Shown here one piece after another: positions 59,563 through 64,000 of a stretch of DNA of 64,000 bases. Position numbers and translations under genes: made by a program. The DNA comes from Paraspadella gotoi (taxonomy: Eukaryota; Animalia; Chaetognatha), in assembly GCA_051294375.1 (NCBI GenBank), contig CM119267.1, positions 5,941,992-6,005,991 of the forward strand, given 5' to 3'. The notes below the pieces were generated by a model that was not told the DNA's origin, ran no database searches, and was given only the letters and a program-made list of their open reading frames with translations. The stretch's first letter is position 1. Each line of letters begins with the position of its first letter.

Positions 59563-62257
59563 CTCGCCTACGTGGGAACGAGCAAAAATGAAAATCAACT
59601 TTTATAAAAACAATGTTTTTGACTTAGCCTTAGGATGCTAATTAAAATACAAAAATAATAATAAAAAAAGTTACGTACCATCCCCTGGAACTGCAAGGCT
59701 CGTTCCCGGGAGACGGTCTTCGAAGGCTCAAACACGTCCTTCATTACAATCCGCAATTTAGACAACAACAAAGACAAAAAGCTCCGCAGCCGACGCCCCC
59801 GACGCCGCCCAGCTACTTTCGACAATCATCCGCTACTCGGTGTCGTCAGCGCGCGAGAACATTTCTGCATCTGCGAATCTGCATCTGCTATATCCCCGTC
59901 TCTCCGTCTGCCGCATCTCGGCCGAACTCCTTTATCTCCTCCTGAATTCGCTCAGAGGAGCAGCGCAAAAAATCCAAGATTAAAAATCCGAGAACCGTAA
60001 ATTAAAAAAAGATCTTATCTTCCTTGACCCAGTAGACACTGCTGAGAGGTAATCGCATGTCACAATGTACAATGTACATGGTGCCCCTTTCAACCTAACT
60101 TTAGAAATGCCCAACTTGAATCTACGTACACCGTTACCATTTAAAACCCGCCGATATAAAAAATTTACCATATGAAAACGCGTAGAGATTTTAACATTTT
60201 AAAAAAAGATATATAAAGACAAAACATACTTATTTTTTATGTATAAATCTCTTGATAATTGATTTTATTTTGAGTTTGTAATGAACAAAAAAAAAGTAAG
60301 GAGCAAATTCGAGCTTTTCAATCAAAAATAAAAGGAAATTCATTACCTGGAATTGATGGCTCGGTTAAACAATCATAATCTCACTAATTAGTGCTAATTA
60401 GTGCTATTCTTAAAAATAAGGTAATTAAAATCTATACTTTATAACTTTCACTTAACCTCAAAAATATATTTTTTTATACCACAAAATCGAAAATTGTATC
60501 ATAGTATACAGTTTTTAAAAGGGTTTTAGGCAAATATTAATATTATTTGTTGAAAGACTTTTTTATAAATTGTCCAGAAAATAAAACAAATTTTTCATTC
60601 AAAAACATTAAGCTATCAAAGCCGGGAGATCAGTTTCAAAGCTATCTTTAACCTCTTCCTGTTAAAGTAGAAGTAAACCGAAAGAAATTCAAAATTTTAA
60701 AATCTCTTCACATTTTCCATTGGTGAATTTTTCTAGCGGTGGGTTTTAACTGGTCATGGTGTACATAGACAGAGTTAAGAAATACCAAACAAGATCGGTC
60801 CATCCAATGCGTTGCGCCGCATTGACTTTCTTTTCACGTGCATTTCCCTGTGATAATATGACTACATGGCCATGGAACTTATTTTTAACAAACATCTTAT
60901 GGTTGATCACTACTGTGCAAAGTTTCATTTTAAACAACCAGACATTACGAAATATGCCGCATTTACATTGTGATCACAAAACCATAGTTTTGAATGGTCA
61001 CGTGACTATGCAAGTAAGAAATACATGCACAAGAATCATGTATCAAGTACCAAGTATCAACTAAAATAACTTACCGATAATGATCGTGGGCACTGGGCAG
61101 ATCCCACATTATTTGCTCAAACTTGTTTTAAAATATATTACCTGTTTAAATTATTATAACATAAAATATTATTAATTATATAAGTATCATGAAAGAGCCC
61201 GAGAAAAAAAGATTTAAGATAGCCAATCACAATTTGATAAAAATCTATAATTTACCCTCCAGCTATTGATTTTTAGAAAAATGTCTTCGTTTTTGAGTAT
61301 CCTAATTAAATTAAAGCTAAGCTGGTTAAATTTTATACTACAGTATTCGTAAGTACGCATTCTCTTTAGATTTGAAAGGGCATTCAGAAGATAATAATAT
61401 TAATATTATTTTATTTCAAATTTTTTCCTAAAACTTACTGAAAGTAAGAGAAAAAAATCAAATCTAAAAAGAGTGAGTTTAAAAATTAAAGACGATTTCC
61501 AAATCCATCTTCCTGCTATCATTGCATATCAAAGTCGATTCTGATAAAATTTGCATATATAAATAGTTTGGGTTTTTACCTTTAAATTCATATTTAACAT
61601 TGGTTTGCAAATGACAGCCTTTTTTACCGGCGCTTGTAAAATTGTCACCATGTACAGACCGACCGGAAAGTGACTTATAGAGTTGCTCCGCTAGCACTCA
61701 ACGCATTTTCTTGCATTTATAGAAATTTATGAATGTGTCCTGCTGAGATTAATATACATAATAATTACATATATACATAATTATATATATACATAATAAT
61801 TACATATATGTATATATATATATATATACATTGTATATATATTTTTTATAAAAAAAAGAAAAACAGAGAAACTTCATTTCAATCAAATCAAATTTTTAGC
61901 AACAAAATACGTATTTTGGGTCACCAATTTGATTTTTGTTAATATTGTTCGTTCTCTTGTCAAAATGTTATTTTACAAAAATAAAGTAATGTAATAATAT
62001 AAAAAAACAGCCAGCGGCAACTTACCTTAGTTCTCGAAAATTTAGGAAAAAAAATCGTATGATCTGAAAAAAAAAAAACAAATAAAAAATGCGGGGAATA
62101 ATACGGGAAATGAAATGAATTAAATTTGGATTGTTATTTTTTGATCAGGGTTTCACCCATAGTCTTGCACGGATAAAACGGCACAACAATTTCATGAGAA
62201 TAACAGATACAGTGATGTTAATCTGGCAAAGGGAAGTTCAAGATTGAGAGAGACAGT

Positions 62258-64000
62258 TTAAAACCGACGAGTTCCTCTTCGGAAGTCATAGAAGTTTGGC
62301 ATCCTGAATCCGGAATTGGAAGGGAAGGGCATTCTCACGTCCCGCGCGAAATCCGGACATCTCGGGTTCATGAACATGACGGGTCTCATTCCGGAACCAA
62401 TCATGGGAGAGTCTCCCAAAAGTCCCGTCGAGTTGTTAAATCTGGTCGGGCTATTCTGCATTCCTAATCTTGTCATCACGTCCTTGAAAAGATATTGGTC
62501 GACGTCGTTGGCGCCGGGCGGGAGTCTCTCGACGTTTCTTCCCATTCCTCGACCGGGTTGAAATGTTCTATTATCTGTTTCACTCGTGAGAGATCGATTA
62601 AATCCAACGTTCCTGGGAAAATTGTTTCGGCGCTCGTCGTCGTCGAGAAGTCCAACAACAGTTTTCTTTTCCGTAACGTTTCCCATGACACTGCAGGTAC
62701 CGCCTGAGCCTCCGGACCCGCCCGGTCCACCGCCAATTGGTAACTCCTTCCGCCGAGAACGAAAGCTCACGGGAGAATCGGCTTCGGAGTTTCTCTTCAA
62801 AAAACTGGAAAAGTTTCGTTGCTCCTCGGAAAATTCGTTCCCCTTCTTCATCGATGACGATCTCGGTTCCGCGGACTTCTTCCCGAGCAGATGATTATTC
62901 GAATCTCTGGCGTTATTTTTGGGAAATTTCAGATCCAAAAGTCGAGGCGGTTGCGACGACCTTCCGACGCCGACTACCACCAAAGGTTCATTCCCGTAGT
63001 ACTGCCGATGGCTTTTAACGGGAACGTTCATCTCGGACAGTTCTGCGTTGTCGCGGGTGTCGTCCCAAAACAAGAGTTTGGACAATTCAATCTTTGTTTT
63101 TTGGTGGTCGTAGCCTCCGGATTCGTCGCTCGCCGTTTGGATCAAATTCATGAGCTCCTCCAGCAATTGCAGACTACCGTCGTCGCTTGCTCCACGCATT
63201 CCCTCGATCAGACTCAATAGGTCTGCCTCGAGCGAGTTTTCCGAGCTTAAAATCCCAACGGAAGGTAGATTGGGAACCAAAACTATTTTTTCAATAACTC
63301 TTTTTCGTTTGTTCAAATACGATTCAAGCGTTTCCAGCAAATCATTGCCCCTCCGCTCGCACTTTTGTTTCTGGGTCAAGCCTAGCCAAACGGAGCGCAA
63401 TTCTTCGATTTTTCTCTTAATATCTTCCATAGCTCCGAGTTGCCAGGCGCTCAGTGGGGTATCGAGGACACCGTCACCTTTAAGCGAGAGGCTATCCGGA
63501 AGACCGCGTGGAACATCACTTCCAAAGGGTCTGGAACTTTTATGTTGGTCTTCCTTTTCCAGAGAGCACAACGTTAGAAATTTTCGTTTAATGGTCGCTA
63601 ATTGAATATGCCACGGAATTATCTGGTCTTTATCGCGATTTGAGAGGGTCTTACGTTTCTTCACTTGAGTTTCACGACATTTTTTAAATATGGATATAGC
63701 TTCCTGTTGCAACTCAATGAAATCGGAGTAACTCGTTAATTGATGAGAAGATCCATCCAGACATTTCCTTATTTCTACTTCGTCTTCTACCAAAGCTCGT
63801 TTAGGATTATCATTTGGAAAAACGTGCAGCAACCGAGTGAGAATGGGATTCGAAGGAAAGAACTTAAACTCTGGAATTAAATTAAATTGTTCTTCTTTTT
63901 GAATTCCCATTACTTCCAATCTTTTATATTTCAAATTGACCACATCATTTGTTAAATTCAACGGAAATTCTGAGAGATATACAAATTCTTTAACACGCGT
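62258..64000 (-). CDS. Large 3' exon of an unidentified protein (5' end outside the window)
   Basis: Open frame of at least 567 aa with a helical, charged N-terminal part and a G/N/R/P/F low-complexity C-terminal part. No family motif recognised. Confidence 0.6.
   Translation of the reverse strand, partial: TRVKEFVYLSEFPLNLTNDVVNLKYKRLEVMGIQKEEQFNLIPEFKFFPSNPILTRLLHVFPNDNPKRALVEDEVEIRKCLDGSSHQLTSYSDFIELQQEAISIFKKCRETQVKKRKTLSNRDKDQIIPWHIQLATIKRKFLTLCSLEKEDQHKSSRPFGSDVPRGLPDSLSLKGDGVLDTPLSAWQLGAMEDIKRKIEELRSVWLGLTQKQKCERRGNDLLETLESYLNKRKRVIEKIVLVPNLPSVGILSSENSLEADLLSLIEGMRGASDDGSLQLLEELMNLIQTASDESGGYDHQKTKIELSKLLFWDDTRDNAELSEMNVPVKSHRQYYGNEPLVVVGVGRSSQPPRLLDLKFPKNNARDSNNHLLGKKSAEPRSSSMKKGNEFSEEQRNFSSFLKRNSEADSPVSFRSRRKELPIGGGPGGSGGSGGTCSVMGNVTEKKTVVGLLDDDERRNNFPRNVGFNRSLTSETDNRTFQPGRGMGRNVERLPPGANDVDQYLFKDVMTRLGMQNSPTRFNNSTGLLGDSPMIGSGMRPVMFMNPRCPDFARDVRMPFPSNSGFRMPNFYDFRRGTRRF

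Noticed and set aside
60746-61697. Short ORFs in the 60-62 kb interval
   Set aside because: No recognisable motifs or convincing splice context. Probably UTR, promoter or decayed repeat sequence.

Overview
Gene-dense genomic DNA from an invertebrate-type animal: GC-rich exons, short AT-rich GT-AG introns and one 25-N scaffold gap at 30744-30768. About 21 protein genes are recognisable. Nearly all lie head-to-tail on the minus strand in two long runs. Run 1 is HGS > CHAF1B > SHPRH > UTP4 > CCSMST1-like > MCC-beta-like. Run 2 is SRSF2 > XTBD protein > GH35 > VHL-like > ANKRD46 > LYRM5 > MFSD5 > HFM1 > MANBA > TEX11 > QPCT > BTB-BACK-jacalin. Many intergenic spacers are only about 100-350 bp, and many downstream genes have a polypyrimidine+AG acceptor just before the ATG. 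This is the signature expected of polycistronic operons resolved by spliced-leader trans-splicing (inference; needs RNA data). Only TMEM86 and CDC25 lie on the plus strand, divergent from HGS. A 3.8-kb inverted duplication (22814-26628 vs 26944-30743) ends at the gap and is probably a fold-back or assembly artefact. Other points of interest: a BTB-BACK protein ending in a jacalin-like lectin domain, a VHL-like gene with an apparent tandem beta domain, two ZMM meiotic genes inside a housekeeping run, several intronless genes, and a TRIM retroelement nested in a Tc1/mariner-type MITE. Gene calls come from motif recognition only and exon boundaries were read by eye.
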